A stretch of 64,000 bases of DNA from an uncultured delta proteobacterium (GCA_903920005.1 CAIXKI010000156.1:1029-65028), one strand, 5' to 3'. Positions 28,738 to 37,819 are shown, counted from the stretch's first letter. Notes: generated by a model from the sequence alone, not told the origin. Made by a program: numbers and translations.

Positions 28738-28820
28738 AGCTCATTAAAGAGAGCGGTCTTTCGTCGGTACCTTTCTCGGGGTGGGAATATTCCCGCTCAA
28801 AAAAGGAAGATGGAGGAACT
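28738..28820 (+). promoter_or_regulatory. hsp20 leader/promoter element (contains a GG-N10-GC sigma-54-like core and a GGGAATATTCCC hairpin)
   Basis: Conserved with 25753..25835. TGGGAATATTCCCGCT (28782..28797) has GG and GC spaced as in TGGCAC-N5-TTGC. GGAGGA lies 5 nt before the hsp20 ATG. Confidence 0.55.
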
Positions 28821-29372
28821 ATGTTACGTAGCGAGTATCCCTTATTGCCACAAAGTTTTTTAGGAGAGGACGTTGCGCCCCTTTTCAGGTCGTTTCGTCG
28901 CGCGGTTGACTCGATGTTGAAAGAGCCATGGGAGCCTACTCCTGTGTGGAGCGCTCCTCGGGAGTTTTATCCGCAAGTATCTGTGTCAGAGGACGATAAG
29001 TTGATTCGAGTTCAAGCTGAATTGCCGGGGCTCAAAGAGAGCGATGTGGAGATCGTCTATGAACCCGGGTATCTCACGGTGCGTGGTGAAAAAAAGGAAG
29101 AGGAAAAACGCGAATCGGGTACCACGAGGTTCTCTGAGTGTCGTTATGGATCTTTTGAGCGGCGCATTCCACTAAGAAGCGAAGTTCAAGAGGGACAGAT
29201 TCAGGCCAACTTTGATCGGGGGGTGCTTACCATCTCCCTACCAAAAACGGAGGCGGCTCGTGCGCAAGCTCGACGAATTCCGATCAAGGCAGGCACGTCA
29301 CCGCAAATTGAGGCGGGATCCGGAAAAACGCGTATTCAACCTAGCTCTGAGGGAGCGCAGCCTGCTCACTAA
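28821..29372 (+). CDS. small heat-shock protein (Hsp20/alpha-crystallin family)
   Basis: Alpha-crystallin domain: VSVSEDDKLIRVQAELPGLKESDVEIVYEPGYLTVRGEKK...FERRIPLRSEV...ANFDRGVLTISLPK. The start was trimmed to the ATG that has a GGAGGA RBS. Confidence 0.9.
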   Translation: MLRSEYPLLPQSFLGEDVAPLFRSFRRAVDSMLKEPWEPTPVWSAPREFYPQVSVSEDDKLIRVQAELPGLKESDVEIVYEPGYLTVRGEKKEEEKRESGTTRFSECRYGSFERRIPLRSEVQEGQIQANFDRGVLTISLPKTEAARAQARRIPIKAGTSPQIEAGSGKTRIQPSSEGAQPAH

Positions 29373-30478
29373 TAACGAGTCCGCGCCGGCGGCGCATGAA
29401 TATCCGCCGGCGCTTCTTCATTCGTATTCTGAAAACGAAGATGCCATACCTCGAGTAGAGCGTGGGTGAGAGCAAGCATAATCGGCCCGATAATGACCCC
29501 CGCCGCGCCAAACGTGAAGAGTCCTCCCAGGAGAAAAAGAAAGATGACAAGGGTATGGAAATGCATCCGTTTCCCCACCATGATCGGATATAGAAGGTTG
29601 TCTGAGAGACCTATGACTATCGCCCCCCACACCACGAGCGTTACAGCGGCCTTCCAGTTTCCAGAGCTGGCGAGGATGGCTGCCGCCGGGATCCAAATAA
29701 TGAACGCACCGAGATAGGGGACTACGGCAAGAACGCCCATGACGATTCCCCAGATAGTTGGCTGTGGAAGGTTAAGGAACCAAAATATGAGCCCCCCAAG
29801 AAAACCTTGAAGAACCGCGACCATTAAAATTCCATAGATCGTTGCGTGAAGAGTATCCGCTATCCGCGAAAAGATGGTGTCTAGTTCCTTTCTTGAAAGT
29901 GGTAGTACTCGACGAAACTCCTCGAGCAGTCGCGTGCCGTCTCGGAGGAAGAAAAATGTGGTGAAAAACACAAGCGCGAGTCCAATAGCTCCGATGGCCG
30001 ACGAGCGCAGGAGGTGAGGAAGTGTTTGAGGAATCGATTGCAGTCGCGATAAAATGAACTCTCTGAAGTGAAAGGTTTTATCGAGCCATTCCTCTGCCGC
30101 TTTCAGTTGTGGCGGAAGTTTCGGCAGGTTGAGTCCGCCTCCATTTGCGCGCTCGATAAGGATCGATGCGCCTTCGAGGATGGTCGAGATAATGAGGTGA
30201 GCCATCCAAAGAAAGGGGCCCATAATGACGGCGATAGTGGTGAGAAGGGTGACTGATGCCGCAAAAGAAGCGTTTTTGAAGGTGTGCAAAAGTCGTTGAT
30301 ACCACGGATATATGGCGACTGAGAGCGCGAGAGACCAAGCGATCACCGCGCTAAACGGGCTTAGAATTACAAGTGAAAGAGTGATGCCACTAATTGTGAT
30401 GAGGCCTAAAGCGAGCGTTTGAGCGGTCTTCGGGCCATCTACTGGAGTAGTCTCGACCTCGGTGTTCTCATCGTTCAA
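29369..30478 (-). CDS. AI-2E family (PerM/YhhT-like) transporter
   Basis: 369 aa, about 8 TM helices, with a conserved C-terminal block (VPYLGAFIIWIPAAA...LSDNLLYPIMVGKRMHFHTLVIFLFLLGG..FG..G). The track start is a TTG with no clear RBS. Confidence 0.85.
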   Translation of the reverse strand: MNDENTEVETTPVDGPKTAQTLALGLITISGITLSLVILSPFSAVIAWSLALSVAIYPWYQRLLHTFKNASFAASVTLLTTIAVIMGPFLWMAHLIISTILEGASILIERANGGGLNLPKLPPQLKAAEEWLDKTFHFREFILSRLQSIPQTLPHLLRSSAIGAIGLALVFFTTFFFLRDGTRLLEEFRRVLPLSRKELDTIFSRIADTLHATIYGILMVAVLQGFLGGLIFWFLNLPQPTIWGIVMGVLAVVPYLGAFIIWIPAAAILASSGNWKAAVTLVVWGAIVIGLSDNLLYPIMVGKRMHFHTLVIFLFLLGGLFTFGAAGVIIGPIMLALTHALLEVWHLRFQNTNEEAPADIHAPPARTRY

Positions 30479-30500
30479 GGTGTGAAGATCCGAGGAGTAG

Positions 30501-30535
30501 AAAAGAAAAAAACCCGGCTACCAATAATAGCCGGG
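30501..30535 (-). terminator. strong Rho-independent terminator on the minus strand, 23 nt upstream of the AI-2E start codon
   Basis: On the minus strand it reads ACCCGGCTA-TTATTGG-TAGCCGGGT followed by TTTTTTTCTTTTC, a 9-bp perfect stem plus a 7-T run. Confidence 0.7.
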
Positions 30536-31012
30536 TCACGAAGCGCGGAGCTCATTAGAATGTCAGTATCTGTTGCCGCAGTAACGATCACAGATGGTCT
30601 GACTCAGGGCATTTACTGCAAGGTGGAGTCGGTTAAGATCCACCGTATTGGTACGCCGAGCTATATTCTTTTGGAATAAAGCAATCTAATCCTCCGCCTT
30701 GTAGGGTGAGCTACAAGACAGCAACCCCCGCGTTCTGTACCTACACCTTAACGGTAGTCCAAGAGTATCGCGATGATCCGGGTCACGTAGTAGGCGCTCG
30801 GAAGGAATCTAGAAATAACTGATACTTCACTGGCGCCTAATTGAAGTGCTTGAGCCCGAAAGCGATCGCGGTCGTTCCTGGATGTCAGGATCAACATGGA
30901 GGTACTTAAAAATATGCACGTGAAAAAATCACCGTATTGATCGCGGCTCATTGGGTTCCTGTTGCTTGTGACCAGGCGTGATGCGTTAGAATTTTATGAG
31001 CGTGGAAAATCG

Positions 31013-31048
31013 TAACAAAATCCTTACCAATCTCTAACGCACCCTAAC
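31013..31048 (+). promoter_or_regulatory. four phased T(T/A)AC direct repeats upstream of plcP-btaAB (candidate PhoB/OmpR-type box)
   Basis: TAAC at 31013, TTAC at 31024, TAAC at 31035 and TAAC at 31045 give spacings of 11, 11 and 10 bp. They lie 15-50 nt upstream of the GTG at 31063. Confidence 0.3.
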
Positions 31049-31062
31049 TATCCATTCTGTGC

Positions 31063-32265
31063 GTGCCAGGTCATATTCCGGCTATGGGAACGGTTACTGA
31101 GGCATCTTTTGATTCGCACTTCCATCAGGACGATCGTAATGGATCTGAAAATCAGCACCTCGCTCAATTGGTGAATTCAATTTCAGAGTTATCCTTACCT
31201 CGGTTAGACTTTAATCAGTTGCTCCATGAACAGTTGGAAAAAGCAAAAGAGTTAAAGTCTCGAATTTTGGCTCCCCCAACGTTTGGTGAGCGGTTCTTGA
31301 ATTTAATAGAGGGTCCATGGGCGCCAGCGGCGCGTGACCTACCCGATCGGCGCGACCTGGCTGTCTCGAGACAGGAACTCACACCATTTCGGAAGCCATG
31401 TAGGGATAAATTAGACGTATCAGCTCGAATCGCTGTCAAACAACAGGTAGCCGCTAGCGAGCATAGGTGGCCTCTTACTCGTTGGAGCTCGGTGTATGAG
31501 TACGATGTGCCAATTCAAAAGCTTCCAAGGGACCTTCATGGTTTCACCGTTCTTCATCTCTCCGATATTCATTTCTTAAAAGGGTGTGAACGGCCGTGTG
31601 AAGAGCTCGCTCAAGTCGCGAAGTTTTTAGAAACTGGTAGAAGAAAGGTCGATTTGATTCTGCTGTCTGGCGATGTGATTACTCGCTCGCCCGAGGACCT
31701 CAACAAAGAGGCGTTACGACAGCTCCACCGAATGAGCGATGTCTGTCCCCAATCGTTTATGGTGTATGGAAATCATGACTATCACGGACACATGCCGGCG
31801 ATTATAAGCAAAAAACTTGAGGAGGTTGGATTTCATGACATTAACAACCACCACATCAAGCTGAAAATTGGGCAAGCCTCACTGAATCTTATAGGGGTGG
31901 ATGACGCGTATTTTGGAGATCCGACGCCGCCGACAGTCCTCGACAAAGATGGGATTAACATCGTATTGACTCATAATTTGGACGCTATTCGCGGTAATTT
32001 TCCCGCCGATGTCGATCTAATTCTCTCGGGACATACTCATTGGGGCGAAGTCAAGATCTTCGACGGCTCAAGTCTCATGCGTATCTGGGGATATTGCGAC
32101 AATATAAATAGTCACACGAAGCAATGGGATGTCCTCAGTGATCGAACTCTCTCCTTTGTTCATCCCGGATTAGCCCGCTATTACGTTCCATTTAGGGGTC
32201 TTCGACATCCGCCGGGTGTCGCGATTCATTCGCTCTATGCAGCCTCTCCAATAACGGAACTCTAA
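31063..32265 (+). CDS. calcineurin-like metallophosphoesterase, candidate PlcP-type phospholipase C
   Basis: All metallophosphoesterase blocks are present: HLSDIHF, LSGDVITR, YGNHDY, LTHNLD, LSGHTHWG. It sits directly upstream of btaA/btaB-like genes. An alternative start is the ATG at 31084. Confidence 0.65.
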   Translation: MPGHIPAMGTVTEASFDSHFHQDDRNGSENQHLAQLVNSISELSLPRLDFNQLLHEQLEKAKELKSRILAPPTFGERFLNLIEGPWAPAARDLPDRRDLAVSRQELTPFRKPCRDKLDVSARIAVKQQVAASEHRWPLTRWSSVYEYDVPIQKLPRDLHGFTVLHLSDIHFLKGCERPCEELAQVAKFLETGRRKVDLILLSGDVITRSPEDLNKEALRQLHRMSDVCPQSFMVYGNHDYHGHMPAIISKKLEEVGFHDINNHHIKLKIGQASLNLIGVDDAYFGDPTPPTVLDKDGINIVLTHNLDAIRGNFPADVDLILSGHTHWGEVKIFDGSSLMRIWGYCDNINSHTKQWDVLSDRTLSFVHPGLARYYVPFRGLRHPPGVAIHSLYAASPITEL

Positions 32266-32275
32266 AAGGAGAGAA

Positions 32276-33484
32276 ATGGTTGGGATTCAACAGGTATCTG
32301 ACACGGTAGCGAACACGGTATTTTCCTGGGTTCATCGTCGCAACTTAATGTACAACACCTGTTGGGAAGACCCCGCAATCGATAGGTTAGCGTTAGAGCT
32401 ATCAGAAAAGGATCGACTACTCGTAATTAGCAGCGCCGGGTGTAATGCCCTGGACTACCTCCTGGCGGGTTGCGGTGAAGTGCACGCCGTCGACATGAAC
32501 TTCATTCAAAACGCCTTACTCGAATTAAAGCAGGCCGCAATACTTACTCTGGAGTATCGAGATTTTGAGAAGTTCTTTGGCCACGGGCGACATGAACAAG
32601 CGTCATCGGTATATCAGAGATCAATCCGCCCAATGTTAAGTCAAGGCGCTCGCGCATATTGGGATAAATACATTTATTTTTTCAGTGGAACCGGCTGGCG
32701 AGATTCTTTCTATTATAGAGGATGTTCGGGGTTTCTCGCGAAGTTCCTCTTAACAAACCTGTTTAGGGTCAAAGCTCTTCAAAAACCTCTTGAAGACCTT
32801 GTAAACGCCGACTCTTTAGAGCGCCAGTCCGAGATTTATTACGCTGAGATAAAGCCTCGACTGTGGACTCGATGGATGGAGTGGTTAATCAGCCGGGACC
32901 TTACCATGAACCTCATGGGAGTCCCGCGAGCGCAAAAAGAGCAGATGACTCAGCAATATCCGGGCGGTGTACCCAAGTACATTGAGCACAGTCTTGAAGA
33001 CGTTCTCACGAAACTTCGATTTAGGGATAACTACTTTTATCGGGTATATATTGAGGGTCGTTATCCTCACGATTGTCGACCCGAGTACGTTAAAGAGCAC
33101 AATTTTGATCGCCTTAGGCAGCGAATCTCGGACCTTCATATACACACCGGAACAGTCGCCAATATCCTTGAAGAAACGGACCTTCGGTTCTCTCGTTTTG
33201 TACTGCTTGATCATATGGATTGGATGAGTGTTCATAAACCTCAAGAGCTTGTTCGTGAGTGGAACGCTATACTATTTCAGGCTACCTCGAATGCGCGAGT
33301 AATCTATCGGAGTGCAGCGCTGAACGTGACATACCTCGATGATCTGATAGTCAACGTTTCAGGCGCGCGTTGCCCACTTGGGGCTGCGCTGACCCAGCGG
33401 CGCGACCTGGCGAACTCGCTTCACCCATCTGATCGTGTACACACCTACGCGAGTTTTTACATAGCGGATTTACCGGAACAATGA
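32276..33484 (+). CDS. btaA: DUF3419 / BtaA-like S-adenosylmethionine:diacylglycerol 3-amino-3-carboxypropyl transferase
   Basis: 402 aa. The N-terminal NTCWEDPAIDRLALEL..DRLLVISSAGCNALDYLL..EVHAVDMN..QNALLELK is the DUF3419/BtaA signature as I recall it. Confidence 0.75.
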   Translation: MVGIQQVSDTVANTVFSWVHRRNLMYNTCWEDPAIDRLALELSEKDRLLVISSAGCNALDYLLAGCGEVHAVDMNFIQNALLELKQAAILTLEYRDFEKFFGHGRHEQASSVYQRSIRPMLSQGARAYWDKYIYFFSGTGWRDSFYYRGCSGFLAKFLLTNLFRVKALQKPLEDLVNADSLERQSEIYYAEIKPRLWTRWMEWLISRDLTMNLMGVPRAQKEQMTQQYPGGVPKYIEHSLEDVLTKLRFRDNYFYRVYIEGRYPHDCRPEYVKEHNFDRLRQRISDLHIHTGTVANILEETDLRFSRFVLLDHMDWMSVHKPQELVREWNAILFQATSNARVIYRSAALNVTYLDDLIVNVSGARCPLGAALTQRRDLANSLHPSDRVHTYASFYIADLPEQ

Positions 33485-34227
33485 GCGCGCGCGCTTTCAT
33501 AGATGAGTTTAAAACTATAATGCACCTCACTCTTCCTAAACGATATGGCGATAGGCAGAGTGATAGGCTCGACGCTTTCTATGCCGAGCAGAGCTCGTCC
33601 TATGATTTATTTCGAGACCGACTCTTGCATGGCCGAGAGCAGTTGATGCGGGCCATTCCGGTGCCAACCGGTGGTAGTCTCGTTGATATGGGTGGAGGTA
33701 CTGGGCGAAACCTCGAGTGGCTTGGAGAGCGATTAGTCTCTGTCGCCTCTGTGACCGTCGTTGATTTATGCGCGTCACTGCTGCATATCGCGGACCAACG
33801 AATTAGGAGTAATGGATGGCAAAACGTAAGAACACGGCTCGCTGATGTAACAACGTACGCTCCGCCTGAAGGCCTTGTTGACGCCGTTACCTTTTCGTAC
33901 TCACTTACCATGATCCCGAATTGGTTTGATGCCGTCGAGAACGCCTACGCCATCCTGAAGCCAGGTGGTTATATTGGAGTCGTTGATTTCTATGTATCGG
34001 ACAAATGGCCTAACGAGGGCATGGTCCGGCATTCGGGATTTTACCGGAATTTTTGGCCTGCCTGGTTTGGGTACAGTAACGTCTTTCTCAATCCGGACCA
34101 CCTCACGTATCTCCGTCGGCTTTTTGAGATGATTAGACTCGATGAAAAGAAGGGCAAAGTGCCCTACCTTCCAGGATTAAAAGCCCCGTTTTACCTCTTT
34201 GTCGGGAGAAAGCCTTTCTCGGTTTGA
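33481..34227 (+). CDS. btaB: BtaB-like SAM-dependent N-methyltransferase
   Basis: Its ATGA start overlaps the btaA stop. LDAFYAEQSSSYDLFRDRLLHGREQLM...LVDMGGGTGRNLEWL resembles BtaB (YD.tR...L.GRd.L...GTGrNL). Confidence 0.7.
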   Translation: MSARAFIDEFKTIMHLTLPKRYGDRQSDRLDAFYAEQSSSYDLFRDRLLHGREQLMRAIPVPTGGSLVDMGGGTGRNLEWLGERLVSVASVTVVDLCASLLHIADQRIRSNGWQNVRTRLADVTTYAPPEGLVDAVTFSYSLTMIPNWFDAVENAYAILKPGGYIGVVDFYVSDKWPNEGMVRHSGFYRNFWPAWFGYSNVFLNPDHLTYLRRLFEMIRLDEKKGKVPYLPGLKAPFYLFVGRKPFSV

Positions 34228-34271
34228 AGAACGAAATGGGGGATGGTTGTTTACCGTTACTCCAGTCGTCC

Positions 34272-35159
34272 TTAGAACTTTCCAGCAGCCTCATACACAC
34301 GAGCTGGAGGCACTCGAAGGTTCCACACGATTCCAAACCATGAAAGTACGGTGAGGATATAATGCGAGATGTCGATCTCCCACCAATAGAAACCTTGGCG
34401 CTCAGAGCCAGGGTAGTAGTGGTGGTTGTTGTGCCAACCCTCACCGAGAGTAATAAGCGCGAGCAGGAGATTATTCCGGCTGTGATCCGTTGAAGGGAAT
34501 CGTCGCTTACCAATCAAGTGGGTGAAAGAGTTGATACAGAACGTTCCGTGATACAGAAGCACTGTGCTGATGAAGAAGCCCCACGTCAGCATCTGCAAGC
34601 CATTAGTTCCCAGAGTAGGGAACGCATGTTCAAGATAGACACCAAGGAAGAATGTTCCCACTGCAAGGAGGACCGGTGGGACCAAGTTGTACTTCTCGAG
34701 CCAACGAAGCTCAGGGAATCGAAGAAGGTCTTTTACCAACTCAAGGCGTGGTTCAACGAATTGAGAGCTTAATACCCATCCGATATGGGCGAAGTAAATC
34801 CCTTGCACGATTGGGGAGTGAATATCCTCCTCTGTATCGGAGTGTCGATGATGGTGTCGGTGGTGTGAGGCCCACCAGATTGGGCCCTTTTGAGCCGCGG
34901 TGGTTCCGAGTACAGCGAAGAGGAATTGAACTACACGGCTCGTCTCGTACGACCGGTGCGAGAAGTATCTGTGGTAGATGCCCGTAATGGCGAACATACG
35001 AATGACGTAGAGACTGAGGCAAACAACCACCGCTACCCAACTTACCCCAACCCACAACGCGAGGAGGCAGGCGAGGTGAACAGACCAGAACACTCCCTGC
35101 TTAACGAGATTAATCCACTCAAATTGTTCGTCAGTTGCTACTGCATCGCCGTGGTACAT
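34272..35159 (-). CDS. acyl-CoA/acyl-lipid delta-9 fatty acid desaturase
   Basis: Three His boxes (HRYFSHRS, HHRHHHRHSD, HNNHH) and four TM helices. The start was chosen at the ATG at 35159 (AGAGGA RBS); the track ORF extends to a TTG at 35222. Confidence 0.85.
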   Translation of the reverse strand: MYHGDAVATDEQFEWINLVKQGVFWSVHLACLLALWVGVSWVAVVVCLSLYVIRMFAITGIYHRYFSHRSYETSRVVQFLFAVLGTTAAQKGPIWWASHHRHHHRHSDTEEDIHSPIVQGIYFAHIGWVLSSQFVEPRLELVKDLLRFPELRWLEKYNLVPPVLLAVGTFFLGVYLEHAFPTLGTNGLQMLTWGFFISTVLLYHGTFCINSFTHLIGKRRFPSTDHSRNNLLLALITLGEGWHNNHHYYPGSERQGFYWWEIDISHYILTVLSWFGIVWNLRVPPARVYEAAGKF

Positions 35160-35618
35160 AACCCAAAAGTCCTCTTTCAAAATTCGACAGCGGATCGTTA
35201 CACGACGGTGAAACTTGAACAAGTCTTGGGGGCTTAAGAGGGTAGGGTTTGGGTGTTTTAAGTGTTGGTTAGTCGGTTCTATTACACATAAATGCCAGTT
35301 TCGTCCCAGGTATAATCGTAGAACCTGGTTTACCTAACGAAACCCTTCAATCCCTACCTCTTGAGTCTAGCTGGACCGCCATACCTCCGCAGGCCTCGCA
35401 TACTACTAACTAGGTATAGGCCCGATCCATGATCTTTGGCGGGTATGCGTGGCGTCGAGGACTCCTCGCTGGGCCGAGGCATCCCGGGAGCTAGATGAAA
35501 TTAAAGGCGTGAGATCTGCCGCTTTTGCTCAAGCGGTGAAGCATCTGCCCTCCCTGCTGACATGCATCAACACACTGCCAGAGGGAGGAGCTCGATACAT
35601 ATGTCGACGGAGCGAAGC

Positions 35619-36005
35619 CTAGGCTGCTTTCACCATCTCTAATCGACGAGCACGCATCCAGAGACTTTCCAGGTCGTATATCTCTCGCACTGGCTCGTAG
35701 AAAACGTGGACAACCACCTCACCGCAGTCGATGAGTACCCACTGTCCATCCTCGTACCCTTCGACGGAGAGTGGTCGAACGCCCGTGCGAGCGAGCTGTT
35801 CCATAACTCTATTGGTGATACCTTGAACTTGTCGGTCTGAGCGACCGCTCACAACTATGAAGAAGTCTGCGACATCCGATATCGAAGCGACATCAAGAAC
35901 AACGAGGTCCTTCCCTTTTACGTCCTCGCACGCCTGAACTATGCCTTTTGCTACAGCCATTGTTTCGGCGCTGCTCGATCCAATCAAAGCGAGGTTTTCT
36001 TTCAT
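35619..36005 (-). CDS. rsfS: ribosome silencing factor RsfS (iojap family)
   Basis: 128 aa. KGKDLVVLDVASISDVADFFIVVSGRSDRQVQGI...GYEDGQWVLIDCGEVVVHVF matches RsfS. Confidence 0.9.
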   Translation of the reverse strand: MKENLALIGSSSAETMAVAKGIVQACEDVKGKDLVVLDVASISDVADFFIVVSGRSDRQVQGITNRVMEQLARTGVRPLSVEGYEDGQWVLIDCGEVVVHVFYEPVREIYDLESLWMRARRLEMVKAA

Positions 36006-36557
36006 AGTGTATTAGGTCCTCCATTAGACAAAGGTAAATAGTAACGTACAAATGAACGAGAAAATGTGCACACGGTCGTGCGGACTTTAATAATTAATTC
36101 AATCTGATTTGGGCGCAGAAGATGCCCTGAGGGTGCTGGAAGTATCGAGGTGTGATTGACGTTTGGGACCGTGGGGCCTCCTTACACGATTTATAGCTTT
36201 AGTATATCAGGCCATTATCCTAATCACCAAGTACTATTTTTCTGGCCCGATTCAAGAGTTCTAATGTTATGGGTTGGTTAGCGTGGGAGTCGCTCGGTTG
36301 GGCGTCGCGACAGGTGCTCGTTATTCGGGCATTCCGGTCACGGGTGGGAAGCTCATTGGCGAGCCCCCCAGAGCGCGATGACCTGATTCAGGTTCTCTGT
36401 TTGCTGGATCAGGGGGTGCAAAAGGTTTCTGCCCTCTATAGCGCAAGACTTGGACCTTCTTTGATGTGTTAGAAGACGAGAAGATAAAGCAGTTGGAGCT
36501 GTCCGCCCCCTAAAGCGGTCGATACCTTTGCCCGTGTATATGGTGACATTGAAAAAG

Positions 36558-36633
36558 TGGAGCCGCCCATGGGAGTCGAACCCACGACCCCATCATTACG
36601 AATGATGTGCTCTACCAACTGAGCTAGGGCGGC
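36558..36633 (-). tRNA. tRNA-Thr (anticodon CGU), CCA encoded
   Basis: The reverse complement is GCCGCCCTAGCTCAGTTGGTAGAGCACATCATTCGTAATGATGGGGTCGTGGGTTCGACTCCCATGGGCGGCTCCA. It has a 7-bp acceptor stem, D arm GCTC/GAGC, anticodon stem CATCA/TGATG with loop TTCGTAA, and a GTTCGA T-loop. Confidence 0.92.
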
Positions 36634-36745
36634 GTCGTTTGCGGACCGATCTTTTATATAGACGCTTGGACGGCATCGATCGATCCGCGAAAAGTGACCA
36701 TCGCTGGTCACTGTGCCGATTGTATACCTAGTATTAAACACGTTT

Positions 36746-37819
36746 TCAATTGGCCGTTTGACCCTTCGGATGGGGCACTACGCCCAAAATGAGCGAGTAC
36801 ATACGGCACATGACGAAGATAACGATGTATGGCCCGGTTATTTCGGGAACAATGTCTCCGTCGAGGAAGCACCGTATCGCGCAGGTTGCTAAGCACGCTG
36901 AGGCAATGATCTGAGAACAGGCCAGCTTCCTAAGGGGTAGCAGGTTATCTGCAAGTCGATGCGAGGAGGGGATTGATATCGCGAAGCTAAAAATCTGAGG
37001 AACTAGTGTTGGGTCGCTGTCCATACCCCGACCCTTCAACACGAAGTGAGAGCCCTTGAAAAGGTGACGTATCTTTAGGATGAGTCGATACTCAAATGGC
37101 AGGGTCTCAAGGAACGTAGGGTAAAGGTTTATTCGGATTTTATATCGTCCGATATCGCCGGTTACACGAATCTCGGAGATGTGTGCGAGGGAGACGCTTC
37201 CGAATTCGATAATATGCAGAGAGTTTTGAGACACCACGAGAATGGGGCGATGGAGGAAGAATAAGGCGCTGTTTCGAAGTATTTCAGAGGCGCCTCGGCT
37301 GGCGAGCAAAATTGCGATGATGAGATGAATGGGCGGTGTGGCCTCTATGTACGAGTAGATGAGGTACGAAAGAGCGATCGCGAGACATCCCTTCAGCGTG
37401 CGTAGGACCGCAAATGCGCCGGTTTGAAAAAAGCTCTTTTGAAAGGTGACGTTCTCGGCCGTAAACGGGTGTGTGAAATGAGCGCGGGAGCCCTCCTCCT
37501 CATAATCGTCTTCGTCCCAATCGTCGCGATAATCTTGATAGCTGTTTGGTTGTGACGACGGACGAGAGTTCCCGGAGGAGCGCTCTAAAGCTTCCAGAGA
37601 GGAGCCTGCCGGAATGTTTTTAAAGATTTTCCGCAGATGACTTACCGCCTCGTTGATCTTACGGGTACTCTCCTCTGCCTTTTGTTTGAGATTTTGATCG
37701 GACTGAAAGCGATCCGGGTGCCAGACCCTTACCAGGTCCTTATAGGCCTGGTTAGCGTCCTCAAGGGTCGCTCTGGGGGAGAGCCCTAAAACTCGTAAGC
37801 TTTCAGCGGTCGTTGTCAT
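36746..37819 (-). CDS. J-domain (DnaJ-like) membrane protein
   Basis: N-terminal J domain with HPD (AYKDLVRVWHPDRF), an acidic linker (DDWDEDDYEEE), then TM helices and a C-terminal domain of unknown function. Confidence 0.75.
   Translation of the reverse strand: MTTTAESLRVLGLSPRATLEDANQAYKDLVRVWHPDRFQSDQNLKQKAEESTRKINEAVSHLRKIFKNIPAGSSLEALERSSGNSRPSSQPNSYQDYRDDWDEDDYEEEGSRAHFTHPFTAENVTFQKSFFQTGAFAVLRTLKGCLAIALSYLIYSYIEATPPIHLIIAILLASRGASEILRNSALFFLHRPILVVSQNSLHIIEFGSVSLAHISEIRVTGDIGRYKIRINLYPTFLETLPFEYRLILKIRHLFKGSHFVLKGRGMDSDPTLVPQIFSFAISIPSSHRLADNLLPLRKLACSQIIASACLATCAIRCFLDGDIVPEITGPYIVIFVMCRMYSLILGVVPHPKGQTAN

Noticed and set aside
25753-28820. CIRCE (HrcA), HAIR (HspR), ROSE or sigma-32 identity for the duplicated hsp20 leader
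   Set aside because: TTAGCTCATTAAAGAGAGC resembles only the CIRCE left half, with no GAGTGCTAA partner. CTTTGAAG...CATTTATA upstream of copy 2 has the wrong spacing for sigma-32 and is absent from copy 1. There is no ROSE-like U(U/C)GCU anti-SD that I could align.
30748-30951. 67-aa minus-strand ORF as a confident gene
   Set aside because: It has a plausible AGGAA RBS but no recognisable family. It has low-complexity hydrophobic content and a 210-nt gap to the terminator. It is kept only as a possibility within the leader/attenuator finding.
36010-36557. Genomic island or att site at the 3' end of tRNA-Thr
   Set aside because: I noticed no repeat of the tRNA 3' end elsewhere in the window and no integrase. 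The flanking genes (rsfS and the J-domain protein gene) look native. The 540-bp spacer is unexplained but gives no positive evidence of integration.
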